DNA of 64,000 nucleotides from Podargus strigoides (Eukaryota): NCBI GenBank assembly GCA_028020825.1, contig CM051638.1, positions 14,336,861 to 14,400,860 of the forward strand, read 5' to 3'. Shown piece by piece: positions 10,941 to 23,385 of this stretch (position 1 is its first letter; each line of letters starts with the position of its first letter). The notes under the pieces were generated by a model. It saw only the letters and a program-made list of their open reading frames with translations, ran no database searches and was not told where the DNA came from. The position numbers and the translations under genes were made by a program.

Positions 10941-12970
10941 CTATTTCCCTGTGTGTACTACAGGGACCTTAGCTCCTCCCACAGTATGAAAGGGTTTTGT
11001 TTGGGCAGGCCCAGGATGTTTAACAGATCCTCTGGTGTTAATTAGCCAAGTGGCTTGTGCTAAATTTATATCCCAGTGCTTCCATCCCCCATTGTCCAAT
11101 GCTCTCAACATAGTCTTCAACAGTCCATTGTATCTTTCAGTCTTTCCAGATGCTTGTGGGTAATAAGGGATGTGATACACCTGCTCAATGCCGTGTTTCT
11201 TTGCCCAGGAGTTTATAAGATAATTTTGAAAATGGGTCCCATTGTCTGATTCAATTCTTTCAGGAGTACCGCGTCGCCATAAAATTTACCTTTCAAGGCC
11301 TAAGATGGTGTTTCGGGCAGCAGCATGATTTACAGAGTACGTTTCAAGCCAACCAGGAGTTGTTTCCACCATGGTGAATATGTAATGCTTGCCTTGGTGT
11401 GTTCGTGGCAGTGGTCCAATGTAGTCGATTTGCCAGGCCTCACCATATAGAAAACTCGGCCATTGCCCTCTGTTCCAGGGAGACTTTACTCATGTGGCTC
11501 ACTTGATTGCAGCACGTTTCACATTCATGAGTGACCTGTGTGATGGCCTCCATGGTCAGGTGCACCCCTCGATCATAAGCCCATCTGTATATTGCATCTC
11601 TCCCTAGATGTCCTGATGTTTCATGGGCCCATCGAGCTACAGATAGCTCACCCTTGTGCTCCCAGTCCAGGTTCAGCTGAGCTGCTTCAATTTTGGCAGC
11701 TTTGTCTACTTGTTCATTGTTTTGATGTTCTTTGGTGGCACAGCTTTTGGGCACATGAGCATCTACATGATGTACCTTTAGAGCCATGTTTTCCACTCGG
11801 GCAGCTATTGTAGTCCCCGAGCCACCAGCTGGGATGCCTGGGGGACCAGGGAGCCCAGCAGCTCGGTGGTGGGTGAATTCAGAGATCGGACACCCCCCAC
11901 AAGCCAGGAACCTCCTCACCTGGTCTTGTGACCTGTGTGAGGAGGGTCCCCCTGGTTGGCCAGCAGCCAGACAGTCACTCTAACCTTGGGTCACACTACA
12001 TTGGCCCTCAGCTGTGGTCCCTCCCCTGTCTGTGTCCCTTGATAAAGAACCCGGCAGGCAGGGCCCGCCCTCTTGCTACCTGGCCTGGCATGGGAGCTGG
12101 TCCGAAATAAACATCGGACACCTAGCAGGGCCTCCTCTGGACTCTTTACTTCTGATATCGCCAGAGCTAGCAAGCTCTGTGTGGGCTTGGCCACGTGCTT
12201 CCATCGCACGGGTGAGAGAAAGCTGTATGTGAGGTGCTGAGCACCGCCAGGAGTTCCTGAGCCTGGAATTCTTAGGGAAAAGCCACAGCTTTACCACCAG
12301 CCAAGCATCACAGCGGCAGGCAGCGATGTCCTGCCACAATGCAGCAGCCCCAATGGGTTTATCTCTGCGCTGCCAATTGGTCTTCTTCCGCTCCTGTAGC
12401 CACCCCCATAGGGCATTAGCCACCATCCAGGAGTCAGTGTAGAGAGACAGTACTGGCCACTTTTCTCGTTCAGCTATCTCTAGGGCTAGTTGGATCACTT
12501 TTACTTCTGCAAACTGACTTGACTTGCCCTTTCCTTCAGTGGCCTCAATGACTTGTCTTGTGGGACTCCACACAGCAGCTTTCCACTTCCAACGGTTTCC
12601 TACCACACGACAGGATCCATCAGTAAACAGAGCATAACACCTTTCATCTTTTGGTAACTCATTATATGGCAGTGCCACTTGACTATTAAGACTTCTCTCC
12701 TTTTTTTTGTTATCAAGAATGAGTTGCTTGTAACACAACTTTGTAGTTGTGCTTATTAGCAGGTTTTTCCTTTTGTATTTGCTTGTAAAGAAGAATCGCA
12801 GAAAGGAGTAGAGGAGGATGTGGCAGTAGATACATCTTCTGGGTATTCAGGCTTCTCTGGAAATACATCCTGTTCATCAAGAGGCTGAGTGTGTAACTTT
12901 GTTTGCACACTTGCCAGTGAGGAACGTTCCCCTTTCTGGGTATGCCCATCTGTACAAGGAAAGTCCATCT
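10941..12970 (-). pseudogene. pol: ERV-C pol remnant: RT-tether (12740-12970), RNase H (12076-12738), and integrase zinc-finger plus DDE core (10941-11919)
   Basis: ORF 12076..12738 has the RNase H motifs LFTDGS....SSQFAEVKVIQLALEIA...LYTDSW. ORF 11440..11919 reads ...VHHVDAHVPKS..NNEQVDKAAK followed by a zinc finger (H...H......C..C). ORF 10941..11180 reads YHIPYYPQASGKTERYNGLLKTML, an IN core including the E of the DDE motif. It is truncated upstream by the CR1-D 3' end at about 13230. Confidence 0.75.
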
Positions 12971-13580
12971 TGCTATTCCTACAGTGTACTGATTTTTTAA
13001 TTGTTATTTTATGTACTTACTTATTTTACACATTGGTTTTACACACTGTTTCTGGGAAAGAGCAAGTAAAGACACCCATCTGTGTGCTTTGCCTTGGCCT
13101 GGAACGTGTTTGCCAAACCACCGAGGAGCAGGGTTTGTTTCTGCTGGTGTAGTTTGAACCTTCTCGGCTGTCGTCAGTGGCTGGCGCTCTAGAGGTGGTG
13201 ACAACACCATCATTCCCCTGAGTTTGCTGCAATCACAGAATCACAGAATCACAGAATGTTAGGGATTGGAAGGGACCTCAAAAGATCATCTAGTCCAATC
13301 CCCCTGCCAGAGCAGGAACACCTAGGTCAGGTCACACAGGAACATGTCCAGGCGGGTTTGGAATGTCTCCAGAGAAGGAGACTCCACATCCTCTCTGGGA
13401 AGCCTGTTCCAGGGCTCTGTTACCCTCACTGGGAAGAAATTCTTCCTCACATTTATGTGGAACCTCCTATGTTCCAGCTTACACCCATTGCCCCTTGTCC
13501 TATCATTGGATGTCACTGAGAAGAGCCTGGCTCCATCCTCATGACACTCACCCTTTACATATTTATAAACATTAATGAGG

Positions 13581-16268
13581 TCACCCCTCAGTCTCCTCCA
13601 AGCTAAAGAGACCCAGCTCCCTCAGCCTTTCCTCAGAAGGGAGATGTTCCACTCCCTTCATCATCTTTGTGGCTCTACGCTGGACTCTCCCAAGCAGTTC
13701 CCTGTCCTTCTTGAACTGGGGGGCCCAGAACTGGACACAATACTCCAGATGTGGCCTCACCAATGCAGAATAGAGGGGAAGGAGAACCTCTCTTGACCTA
13801 CTAACCACTCCCTTTCTAATACACCCCAGGATGCCATTGGCCTTCTTGGCCACAAGGGCATATTGCTGGCTCATGGTCATCCTGCTGTCCACCAGGACCC
13901 CCAGGTCCCTTTCCCCTACACTGCTCTCCAGCAGGTCAGCCCCCAACCTGTACTGGCACATGGGGTTGTTCTTCCCCAGATGCAAAACTCTACACTTGCC
14001 CTTGTTGAATTTCATTAAGTTTTTCCCCGCCCAACTCTCCAGCCTATCAAGGTCTCGTTGAATGGCAGCACAACCCTCTGGTGTGTCAGCCACTCCTAGT
14101 TTGGTGTCATCAGCAAACTTGCTGAGGATACATTCTGTACCCTCATCCAAGTCGTTGATGAAGATATTAAACAACACCGGTCCCAGTACCGACCCCTGAG
14201 GGACTCCACTAGTCACAGGCCTCCAACTAGACTCCGTCCCATTAACCACAACTCTCTGGCTTCTTCCCTTCAGCCAGTTCATAATCCACCTCACTACCTG
14301 ATCACCAAACCCATCCTTTATCAGCTTATCTACGAGGATGCTGTGGGAGACAGTGTCAAATGCTTTACTGAAGTCAAGATAAACCACATCTACCGCTCTA
14401 CCATCATCTATCCACCTAGTTATTTCCTCATAGAAGGCAATAAGGTTGGTCAAACATGACTTACCCTTAGTAAAACCATGTTGACTGCTCTTAATGACCC
14501 CCTCATCCTTGATGTGCCTAGAGATAGTGCCAAGAACAAGCTGTTCCATCGCCTTTCCAGGGATGGAGGTGAGGCTGACCGGTCTATAGTTACCCGGGTC
14601 CTCCTTCTTGCCCTTCTTATAGATTGGAGTGACATTTGCTATCCTCCAGTCCTCAGGCACCTCTCCTGTTCTCCATGACTTACCAAAGATGATGGAGAGT
14701 GGCCTAGCAATGACCTCTGCCAGCTCCCTCAGCACCCTTGGGTGCATTCCATCTGGTCCCATTGATTTATGGATATCCAGATTGCTCAACTGATCCCTAA
14801 CCCAATCCTCATCTACCAAGGCAAACTCCTCCTTTATCCTGACTTCTTCTGGGGCTACAGGGATCAGGGGCTCCTGGGGAAAGCCTGCAGGAGTAAAGAC
14901 AGAGGCAAAGAAGGCATTCAGCACCTCTGCCTTCTTTATATCCTCTGTCTCTAGGGCACCCCCCTCATTCATCAGTGGGCCTATATTGCCTCTAGTGTTT
15001 GTTTTATTAGCTATGTATTTGAAAAAGCCCTTTCTATTGTCCTTGACCTGGCTTGCAAGGTTAAGTTCTGAGGAGGCCTTAGCTTTCCTAATTGCCTTTC
15101 TACATCCTCTGACAACTGTCCTATATTCCTCCCAAGTGACTAGCCCCTCTTTCCATGATCCATAAATTCTTTTTTTCCACCTAAGTTTGCCCAGCAGTTC
15201 CTTGTTTAACCATGCTGGTCTCCTAGCTCCCTTACTTGATTTCATACCCATTGGGACGCTCTGATCCTGAGCTTGCAAGAAGTGGTCCTTGAATGTTGAC
15301 CAACTATCTTGAGCCCCTTTACCATCTAGCACCCTGTCCCGTGGGACTTCCCTTAACAATTGATTAAGGAGGCTAAAGTTGGCCCTGCGGAAGTCCAGGG
15401 TTCTGGTCTTGCTTGGTACTCTATTCCTCCCACACAGGATCCTGAACTCCACCATCTCATGATCACTGCAGCCAAGGCTGCCATCGACCATCAGTGCTTC
15501 AACAAGACCCTCCTTGTTGGTAAGTACGAGATCCAGCAGCGCTCCTCTCCTAGTCGGCTTATCCACCATTTGCATTAAGTAGTTATCATCAATGCACTGG
15601 AGGAACCTCCTAGACTGTGAATGGCTGGCTGTGTAAGTCTTCCAGCAGATATCGGGGTAGTTAAAATCCCCCATGAGGACCAAGGCCTGTAGTTGTGAGG
15701 CTGCTTTCAGCTGCCTGTAGAAAGCCTCAGCAACTCCCTCATCCTGATCAGGAGGTCTGTAATAGACCCCCACAACTGTATCGCCCATACCTGCCTGCCC
15801 CTTAATTCTTACCCACAGACTTTCAACTTGCCCCTCATCATCCCCTGGAGAAAACTCAATACATTCAAGTTGCTCCCTCACATAAAGAGCAACTCCACCA
15901 CCTCGCTTCACTGACCGATCTTTCCTAAAAATGACATAGCCATCCATGACCACATTCCAGTCATGTGAGCTGTCCCACCATGTCTCTGTAATTGCCACCA
16001 GGTCATAACCTTTAGACCGCACACAGACCTCTAACTCCTCCTGTTTATTCCCCATACTGCGTGCATTGGTGTACAGGCATTTCAGAGAGCAAGCAGAGCG
16101 CACTGGTGGGACCCCTGGGAGGCAGGAGGCCTTGTGGTCAGGGCCTAAACATCTATCCCTTCTCTTCAATGATCGAAAATCCTTCCTAGACCACCTTCCT
16201 TCAGGCCCTGGCATATTGCTCTTGGGCTTGTCCCTAACAGACCCAGTTGTCTCCCCTTCCCCCTTCAC
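13581..16268 (-). CDS. CR1-D ORF2: apurinic-like endonuclease plus reverse transcriptase, 895 aa open. The last ~64 aa continue in another frame at 13322..13516 after one frameshift near 13580.
   Basis: EEP endonuclease motifs are present ([36 protein letters not shown]). RT blocks are present ([52 protein letters not shown]). C-terminal conserved blocks are present ([18 protein letters not shown]). Confidence 0.85.
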   Translation of the reverse strand: MKGEGETTGSVRDKPKSNMPGPEGRWSRKDFRSLKRRDRCLGPDHKASCLPGVPPVRSACSLKCLYTNARSMGNKQEELEVCVRSKGYDLVAITETWWDSSHDWNVVMDGYVIFRKDRSVKRGGGVALYVREQLECIEFSPGDDEGQVESLWVRIKGQAGMGDTVVGVYYRPPDQDEGVAEAFYRQLKAASQLQALVLMGDFNYPDICWKTYTASHSQSRRFLQCIDDNYLMQMVDKPTRRGALLDLVLTNKEGLVEALMVDGSLGCSDHEMVEFRILCGRNRVPSKTRTLDFRRANFSLLNQLLREVPRDRVLDGKGAQDSWSTFKDHFLQAQDQSVPMGMKSSKGARRPAWLNKELLGKLRWKKRIYGSWKEGLVTWEEYRTVVRGCRKAIRKAKASSELNLASQVKDNRKGFFKYIANKTNTRGNIGPLMNEGGALETEDIKKAEVLNAFFASVFTPAGFPQEPLIPVAPEEVRIKEEFALVDEDWVRDQLSNLDIHKSMGPDGMHPRVLRELAEVIARPLSIIFGKSWRTGEVPEDWRIANVTPIYKKGKKEDPGNYRPVSLTSIPGKAMEQLVLGTISRHIKDEGVIKSSQHGFTKGKSCLTNLIAFYEEITRWIDDGRAVDVVYLDFSKAFDTVSHSILVDKLIKDGFGDQVVRWIMNWLKGRSQRVVVNGTESSWRPVTSGVPQGSVLGPVLFNIFINDLDEGTECILSKFADDTKLGVADTPEGCAAIQRDLDRLESWAGKNLMKFNKGKCRVLHLGKNNPMCQYRLGADLLESSVGERDLGVLVDSRMTMSQQYALVAKKANGILGCIRKGVVSRSREVLLPLYSALVRPHLEYCVQFWAPQFKKDRELLGRVQRRATKMMKGVEHLPSEERLRELGLFSLEETEG

Positions 16269-16270
16269 AT

Positions 16271-17341
16271 CTAGTTTAAAGCCCTCTCAATGAGCCCTGC
16301 TAACTCCTGCCCCAAAAGCCTTTTCCCCCTCTGGGACAAATGCATTCCACCTGCCATCATCAGGCCAGGTGTCTCATAGAGCAGCCCATGATCAAAGAAC
16401 CCAAAGCCCTGCCTTTGGCACCAGTTACGCATCCATTCATTTATCTGTGAACTCTTCCTGCTTATCTCTTCACCCATTCTTGCAGGAGGTATGGAGGCAA
16501 ACACTACTTGCACTCCAGACCCCATAACCAGCCGTCCCAGGGCCCTTAAGTCACTCTTCATTGCCCTTACACTCCTTGTAGTAATTTCATCCCTGCCATC
16601 CTGAAAAAGCAGCAGTGGGCAGTAATCGGAGGGCTTTACAAGATCAGGGAGTTTCCTTTTAATGTCTCTAATCCGAACCCCAGGGAGGCAGCAGACTTCC
16701 CTGTGGGATGGGTTCGGTCGCCAGACGGGCCCTTCTGTTCCCCTCAGAAGGGAGTCGCCCACCACAATTACCCTCCTTTTCTTCTTAATTGAAGAAGTCC
16801 TGAGGCGTCGGGATGACTGACAAGCCTTAGGTGATTCAGGAGACTGATCTACCCCTCCAACTTCATTTACTTCTCCCTGAAGTTCCAAGGCCTGGTACCT
16901 GTTACTCAAGGGCAACTGGGAGGGTGAAGGGGGTTGGGATGGTTTTTGCCTGCCTCTCCGCGGACGGACCACCCTCCATTCCTCCCCGTCTCCTGAACCC
17001 TCTGCTTCTGTCTGATGACAGGAGGGGGGGGGATCCATCACTTGCCCACCCTTTTCTAACTGCCCCTGCCTCAGGGTGAAGCTCCACCAATCTATTTCTC
17101 TTTCACAATCTCTAATAGTTCTAAGTCTTTCTACCTCCTCCATCAGTTCAACCACCTGCCCGAGCAGATCATTTACCTGCTCGCACCGCACACACGCGGT
17201 GTCACTGGCTCCCTCCAGTACCAGTGCCAGGCTCAGGCATTCGCTGCAGCCAGAAACCTGCACGGCCGCATGTCTGGTCGGGGGATCTGTCTGAGTCCCC
17301 ATATTCTTTTTCCCAAGGGTTTTTGGGCGCGTTGCAACCAT
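16271..17341 (-). CDS. CR1-D ORF1, 356 aa, with a C-terminal esterase/SGNH-like domain
   Basis: The sequence reads ...[64 protein letters not shown].. (GDSL-type motif) after an N-terminal coiled-coil-like region, as in CR1/L2-type ORF1. Confidence 0.75.
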   Translation of the reverse strand: MVATRPKTLGKKNMGTQTDPPTRHAAVQVSGCSECLSLALVLEGASDTACVRCEQVNDLLGQVVELMEEVERLRTIRDCEREIDWWSFTLRQGQLEKGGQVMDPPPSCHQTEAEGSGDGEEWRVVRPRRGRQKPSQPPSPSQLPLSNRYQALELQGEVNEVGGVDQSPESPKACQSSRRLRTSSIKKKRRVIVVGDSLLRGTEGPVWRPNPSHREVCCLPGVRIRDIKRKLPDLVKPSDYCPLLLFQDGRDEITTRSVRAMKSDLRALGRLVMGSGVQVVFASIPPARMGEEISRKSSQINEWMRNWCQRQGFGFFDHGLLYETPGLMMAGGMHLSQRGKRLLGQELAGLIERALN

Positions 17342-18599
17342 GTTCTATGCGGTCTAAGGTCTATCTAGCTAATCCTCTCCTTGCGACGCTCTCCGCGCGC
17401 TGCTCTCCTCGCGCTTGCCTCTCCGTAGGCCAGCCGCCGCTCTCTGCTCCGCGTGCCGCTTGCTCTGAGGGGAGCTGCCGAGATGGCCGCTTTTAAAGTT
17501 TGCCGCGGCTCTCAGTCACGCCCCCTGCCACGTCAGCCTTTCGGTATCTCTTGAATTTTTCTCAGGATTCCCGCTCAGACTCGGGTTTCCTTGCTCTATC
17601 CCGGCTTCACCGTCTCCGGGAAGCCCGGCTCCTTCTCAAACCCTCAGCAAACACCAACAGCAAAAGCGAACAGCACTCGCCGCAGCCGCCCCACCGCTCC
17701 CACAGCCGCCGCTCTCTGCTCCGCGTGCCGCTTGCTCTTGCAATATGCAGCCTTTGTGACCAGATCCAGAAGTTCCATGAGTACAAACAGACTGCACCCT
17801 GCACCAGCCCCGTGGGTGATTGTGGATAGGATTTTGTAGAGTGATGAAGTCCACTGATGGGATACTCATGACATGAGACATTAAACAGCCTCTTGCAGTT
17901 ATGTGATGATAGATGCTTCTGGGGGAAGTTTGTGCACTGCAGGAATACTTGGATACTGGACAGCTGCTCTTCTGGCTTTTCTTCCTTGTATTTTTTTTCT
18001 TTCAGTTTTGTAGCACAGTGGATTGCTGCTCCCCTTTTAAGATTTCACAGCAAAGCTCTGCTTTCAGAGCCCGTTCTGCTGCTGGGGAATGTATGAAAGA
18101 GGCACTTGCAGGTGATCGAATTTACCTTTTCAGTCTTGGTTACCTTTGCTGTCTTATGCCGTTACGTGTTCTTGGGGATGGGAGTGCTTCCTGCTGAATG
18201 CAGAGTTGAAAATTGTCTTGGCAGGAAATGATCTACTGTCATCTCTGAGTCAATCATGGTGCTAAGCTGCGTGCCGTAGAAACTGCTCTGTTGCGAGTCA
18301 GCAGGCAAGGCAAACCGGAGTTCATTCAGTTGCATTGTCATCTTCAGCCATGGAGGTCTGCAGTTCTCTTGCTAACGAACAAAACCTCATCCCATACAAA
18401 TGAAAGCTGGATGGCTTTTGGAGATGAACACAAACTTTCTGTCATCTCCCAGGTGGTTCCATTTCACACCTTACTTGAAATTGCTGGACTGTCATTACTG
18501 GGAGAACAAGTGAAGGCTCAGTCATGTCTTTGGTTTGCCAAAAGATGTCCTGCAAGAATAAATGTACAGCCTGAGCTTGGGAGCTAAGTCTCGTAGACA

Positions 18600-21345
18600 G
18601 AAAAGGTTGAACCTTGCTTTGGTTCTACTGCTATGACTTCATCCTGAAACCATTGGCATGTTCTTCTTTGAAATGCATTCACGGCAAGGAAGGAGAGGTG
18701 GTGGGGTGGCCCTCTATGTTAGAGACAGAATTGATTGCCTTGAACTTAAAAATGTGAATGACGGTGTGGAGTGTTTGTGGGTAAGACTCAAGGGGAAGGC
18801 CAATAAAGCAGACATCTTGGTCGGAGTCTGCTATAGACCCCCAACCAGGATGGAGAGGCTGACAAAATATTCTATAAGCAGCTGGCAGAAATCTCACGAT
18901 CGCTCGCCCTTGTTTTCATGGGGGACTTCAACCTCCCAGGTATCTGCTGGAAATAAAACACAGCAGAGAGAGAACAGTCCTGGAGGTTCCTAGAGTGTGT
19001 GGAAGACAACTTCCTAACACAGCTGGTAAGGGAGCCAACTAGGGACAGCACCCTACTGGACCTACTGCTTGTTAACAGAGAAGGTCTTGTGGGGGATGTG
19101 AAGGTTGGAGGTCATCTTGGGCAGTGACCATGAAATGAGAGAGTTTTCAATTCTCGGAGAAACAAGGCAAGGAGGCAACAGAACTGCCACCCTGGACTTC
19201 CAAAGGGCAGACTTTCGCCTGCTTAGGAGCATGGTTGAGAGTGTCCCTTGGGAGGCAGTCCTGAAGGTCAAAGGTGCCCAGGATGGCTGGGCATACTTCA
19301 AGGAGGAACTCTTAAAAGCATGAGAAGGCCATCCCCAGGACCTGAAAGACGAGCAGGCAGGGAAGAAGACCAGCCGGGCTAAATAGAGAGCTTTGGCTGG
19401 ACCTCAGGAACAAAAGGAAAGTCTATGGCCTTTGGAAAAAGGGGTTGACAACTTATGAGGAATACCAAGATGTGGTGAAGCTATGCAGAGGGAAAATTAG
19501 AAGGGCCAAAGCTCAAGCAGAACTCAACTTGGCCACTATGGTTAAAGATAATAAGAAGAGGTTCTTTCAGTATCTCAAAAGAAAAAGGAAGGCTAGGGAA
19601 AATGTTGGCCCAATGATGACCGAGACAGGCGCCCTGGTGGTGGAAGACACAGAAAAGGTAGAGGTATTGAATACCTTCTTCGCCTCGATTTTCACTACTA
19701 AAGCTGTCCCTCTTGAATCTCAAATCCTGGAGGCAAGAGGGAAGGTCTGGAGAGACGAAGATTTTCCCTCAATAGAGGAGGACCAGGTTAGAGACCACTT
19801 GGCCAAACTGGACATCCATATGTCCACGGGCCCTGATGGGATGCACCTGCAAGTGCTGAGAGAGCTAGCAGATGTTATTGCTGGGCCACTCTTCATCATC
19901 TTTGAAAGGTCGTGGAGAACAGGAGAGGTGCCTGAAGACTGGAGGAAGGCCAACATCACTCCAGTCTACAAAAAGGGGAAGAGGGAGGACACAGGGAACT
20001 ACAGGCTGGTTAGTCTCACCTCCATCCCTGGGAAGGTGATGGAGCGACTCGTTTTGGAGGTCATCTCCAAACATGTTGTAGAATAGAAAGTTATTGGGAG
20101 TGGTCAACATGGATTTACCAAGGGTACATCATGCTTGACCAATCTGCTAGCCTTCTGTGATGTTATAACTTGTTGGCTGGATGAGGGGAGAGCAGCAGAT
20201 GTCATCTACCTTGACTTCAGGAAGGCTTTTGACGCTGTCTCGCATAACACCCTCATTAGGAAACTCAGGAAGTGTGGGTTAAACGAGGGGATGGTGAGGT
20301 GGATCAAGAGCTCGCTGTGTGACAGATCACAGAGGGGTGTGATCAATGGAGCAGAATCGAGCTGGAGGCTGTTACCAGTGGTGTCCCTCAGGGGTCAATA
20401 CTCAGTCTGGTCTTGTTCAACACATTCATCAATGACCTGGATGAGGGGACAGAGTGGATTCTCAGCCAGTTCACTGATGAACCCAAGCTGGGAGGGGTGG
20501 TGACACTCCAGAGGGCTGTGCTGCCATCAGCAGCATCTGGACAGGCTGGAGAGCTGGGCAGAGAAGAACCTCAGGAGGTTCAATAAGGGCAAGCGTAGGG
20601 GGCTGCCCCTGGGGGAGAAGAATGCCAGGCACCAGGATAGGTGAGAGGGGACTTCCCGGAAAGCAGCTCTGAGGAGAAGAATCTGGGAGTCCTGGCAGAC
20701 AGTAAATTATCCATGAGCTGGCGATGTGCCCATGCCGCCAAGAAGGCCAATGCTACCCTGGGCTGCACAGGGCAGTGTGTGGCCAGGAGGGTGAGGGAGT
20801 TCATTCTCCCCCTCTACTCTGCCCTGGTAAGGCCACAACTGGAATCCTGCATCCAGTTCTGGGCTCCCCAGTTGAAGAGAGACAGGGAACTACTGGAGAG
20901 AGTCCAGCAGAGGGCAGCGAGGATGAGTCGGGGATTGGAGCATCTCCCCTGTGAGGAAAGGCTGGGAGAGCTGGGACTCTTTAGCCTGGAGAAGAGAAGG
21001 CTGGGGGGGGCGGATCTATTGAATTTTTACGAACACCTGAAGGGTGGGTTGAGGGAGGATGGAGCCAAACTCTTCCCAGTGGTTCCCACTGCCAGGACGA
21101 GGGGCAATGGGCACAAGCTGGAACACAGGAAATTCCATTGAAATATGAGGAAGAACTTCTTTTGGGTGAGGGTGCCAGAGCACTGGCACAGGCTGCCCAG
21201 AGAGGTGTGCAGTCTCCTTCTCTGGACACTTTCAAGACTCGCCTGGATGCAGTCCTGAGTGATAAGCTTTAGGGGATCCTGCTTTACAGCAGGGGAGTTG
21301 GACTGGATGATCTCTGGAGGTCCCTTCCAGCTCTGAAAATGCCGT
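18600..21345 (+). mobile_element. CR1 LINE (CR1-E): a 5'-truncated ORF2 with several frameshifts and stops
   Basis: Plus-strand ORFs 18658..18993 (EN), 19105..19323, 19445..20086 (RT N-terminus, [12 protein letters not shown]), 20135..20503 (RT core, FDAVSH) and 20641..21141 (C-terminus, LEHRKFH) are colinear with CR1 ORF2. The FADD motif is mutated to FTDEPKL. The 3' tail is near 21300-21345. Confidence 0.8.
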
Positions 21346-21589
21346 GATTCTATTACTACAGTAAAGCAGTAAGTTCACCTTGGACTTTGTCACTTTTTAA
21401 ACTGTACAGAATAGGCTCGTAATAATCTGAGTGTAATGTGTTCTTTGGTTGTGTATAAGAGGTGTAGAAGCCTTTCTAATCTGTATATACATGTATGGGC
21501 CTTGGCATTTCTTTCTGAATATATGCAGGAGTCAACCTGCCTCCCTGTGCTCTGCCCCATGGGATGCAGGGGAATCTCTGCTCTGGTGC

Positions 21590-21665
21590 CTGGAGCACCT
21601 CACAGAATCACAGAATGGTTTGAGTTGGAAGGGACCTCAAAGCTCATCTCATTCTGACCCCCCTA
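21590..21665 (-). mobile_element. Short CR1 3'-tail fragment
   Basis: The plus strand reads cacagaatcacagaatggtttgagttggaagggacctcaaagctcatc, the reverse complement of the CR1 3' end. Confidence 0.6.
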
Positions 21666-22229
21666 CGATGGTGAAGTGCTGGGGTCTGAACCCCAAGCCC
21701 TGAATTAAGGTTGACATATGGGTGGTTCCCATGGCCCTTTAAGAGGAGGGGATGAGTTTGCCTTTTGGCTTTCCTCCAAGGTGCTGCTGGCCTTGTAAGG
21801 AAAGCCCTTGGGTAACCAAGCCCCAGGTGCCTGCATTTCGGTAACGACTGCCAGGTGTCCTGCTTTGGGCATAAAAGCTGGGAGCACTTGCAGGAAGAGT
21901 TGGAGTGTCTGTCTGTGAAGTGGATGCACTTTGCAGAGTTTCCTGTTGGGGAAGGACGTCCTGACTCCTCATGCAACTGGGCCCCAGTCAGGTCTGGCAT
22001 TTGCACATTTGGGCTTTGTGGGGGAACAATATGTGACTACTTCTATCTTATATGCTTAGCCTATTGACTTGGTTGTCTCCCATCTCTTCTATGGGAGACT
22101 TTGTTTCTTTGTGTTACTGGTCATGCTCTGTCATTCCTGGGGTAGCTGGGGTTGATGTTCATTATATGTGATCTGTTTGATTTGTTTGTACCCCCAGCGA
22201 TCACCCATATACTGACTTTTTTATGTGCA

Positions 22230-22470
22230 ATAGAATCTGGTTACTGGTTTGTTTTGCTGCTGGCTGTGTCCTTTGTGCTAGGCCTATTGATTGGCAAAAC
22301 AGATGGCAGGGACACCTCCCACTGGATCAGGTTGCTCAAGGCTCCATCCAACCTGGCCTTGAACACTTCCAGGGATGGATGGAGCATCCACAGCTTACCT
22401 CCCCCTCCTGCACTGACCTTGGTGTCTGCAGAGTTTTTTCTCTCACATTTTCACTCCTCTCTCCCAGCTC
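22230..22470 (-). mobile_element. CR1 3'-region fragment
   Basis: The plus strand translates GRDTSHWIRLLKAPSNLALNTSRDGW, the same reading as the reverse complement of the CR1 C-terminal region (compare ORF 22970..23242). Confidence 0.5.
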
Positions 22471-22859
22471 CAGGACAGCATTTTTTACCCTTTAAGTATG
22501 TTGTCCCAAAGGCACCAGCAGCTTCACTGATGGGCTCAGCTTTGGCCAGCAACAGGGTCCATCTTGGAGCTGGTTGAAACTGGCTCTGTAGGACATGGGG
22601 GAAGAGAAGCCACCCCTGCACCCCTACTCCTCTGCCTGTGGCTGGAACTCTGCCACATAAACCCAGTACACACATGTATTTCTGAGAATGCCTAGAACTT
22701 CACAAGTTCTTCTGCAGAAGACCTGCAGAGCACTCTGCCCCAGTGGGTCTGTTTGCAGAAGCCACATCCCTCGTACGGGATAGTTGGGTGAAACTGGCGG
22801 TTCTTACTGTCAATAGTCCTACTTATATCTGTAACATGTATGAGCAGGTTGGAGCCAGG

Positions 22860-23385
22860 TCCAGAGGAGGCCATGAAGATGATCAGAGGGCTGGAGCACC
22901 TCTGCTCTGAGGACAGGCTGAGAGAGTTGGGGTTGTTCAGCCTGGAGAAGAGAAGGCTCCGGGGAGACCTTAGAGCACCTTCCAGTACCTGAAGGGGCTA
23001 CAGGAAAGCTGGGAGGGACTTTTTACAAGGGCATGGAGTGACAGGATGAGGGGTGATGGCTTTAAACTGGCAGAGGAGAGATTTAGATTAGATATTAGGA
23101 AGAAATTCTTGGCTGTGAGGGTGGTGAGACACTGGCCCAGGTTGCCCAGAGAAGCTGTGACTGCCCCCTTCCTTGCAGTGTTCCAGGCCAGCTTGGATGG
23201 GGCTTGGAGCAACCTGGTCTGGTGGGAGGTGTCCCTGCCCATGGCAGGGGGGCTGGACCAAGATGAGCTTTGAGGTCCCTTCTAACCCAAACCATTTTGT
23301 GATTCTAAGACTATGACTTGATGATCTTCAGGGTCTTTTCCAACCTTGCCAGTTCTGTGATTCTGTGACATTCAGCCTCGCTTCT
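22860..23385 (+). mobile_element. CR1 3' fragment (ORF2 C-terminus plus tail)
   Basis: The region reads [25 protein letters not shown].. and ORF 23046..23273 reads FRLDIRKKFLAVRVVRHWPRLPREAVTAPFLAVFQASLDGAWSNLV. The tail motifs ccattttgtgattctaag and gttctgtgattctgtgac are present. Confidence 0.75.

Larger units (their letters stand above)
13230..17800 (-). mobile_element. Full-length CR1 LINE (CR1-D), about 4.57 kb: 5'UTR, ORF1, ORF2 and the 3' (ATTCTRTG)n tail
   Basis: The plus strand at 13230-13260 reads cacagaatcacagaatcacagaatg, the reverse complement of the CR1 terminal repeat. ORF1 spans 16271-17341 and ORF2 spans 13322-16268. The ORF1 stop and ORF2 ATG are contiguous (minus strand TAGATG at 16266-16273). 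The length matches intact CR1. Confidence 0.85.

Noticed and set aside
17800-18600. ORFs 17913..18197 and 18291..18587 between CR1-D and CR1-E.
   Set aside because: No recognisable domains and hydrophobic or low-complexity translations. They likely sit in the CR1 5'-flank or unassigned repeat sequence.
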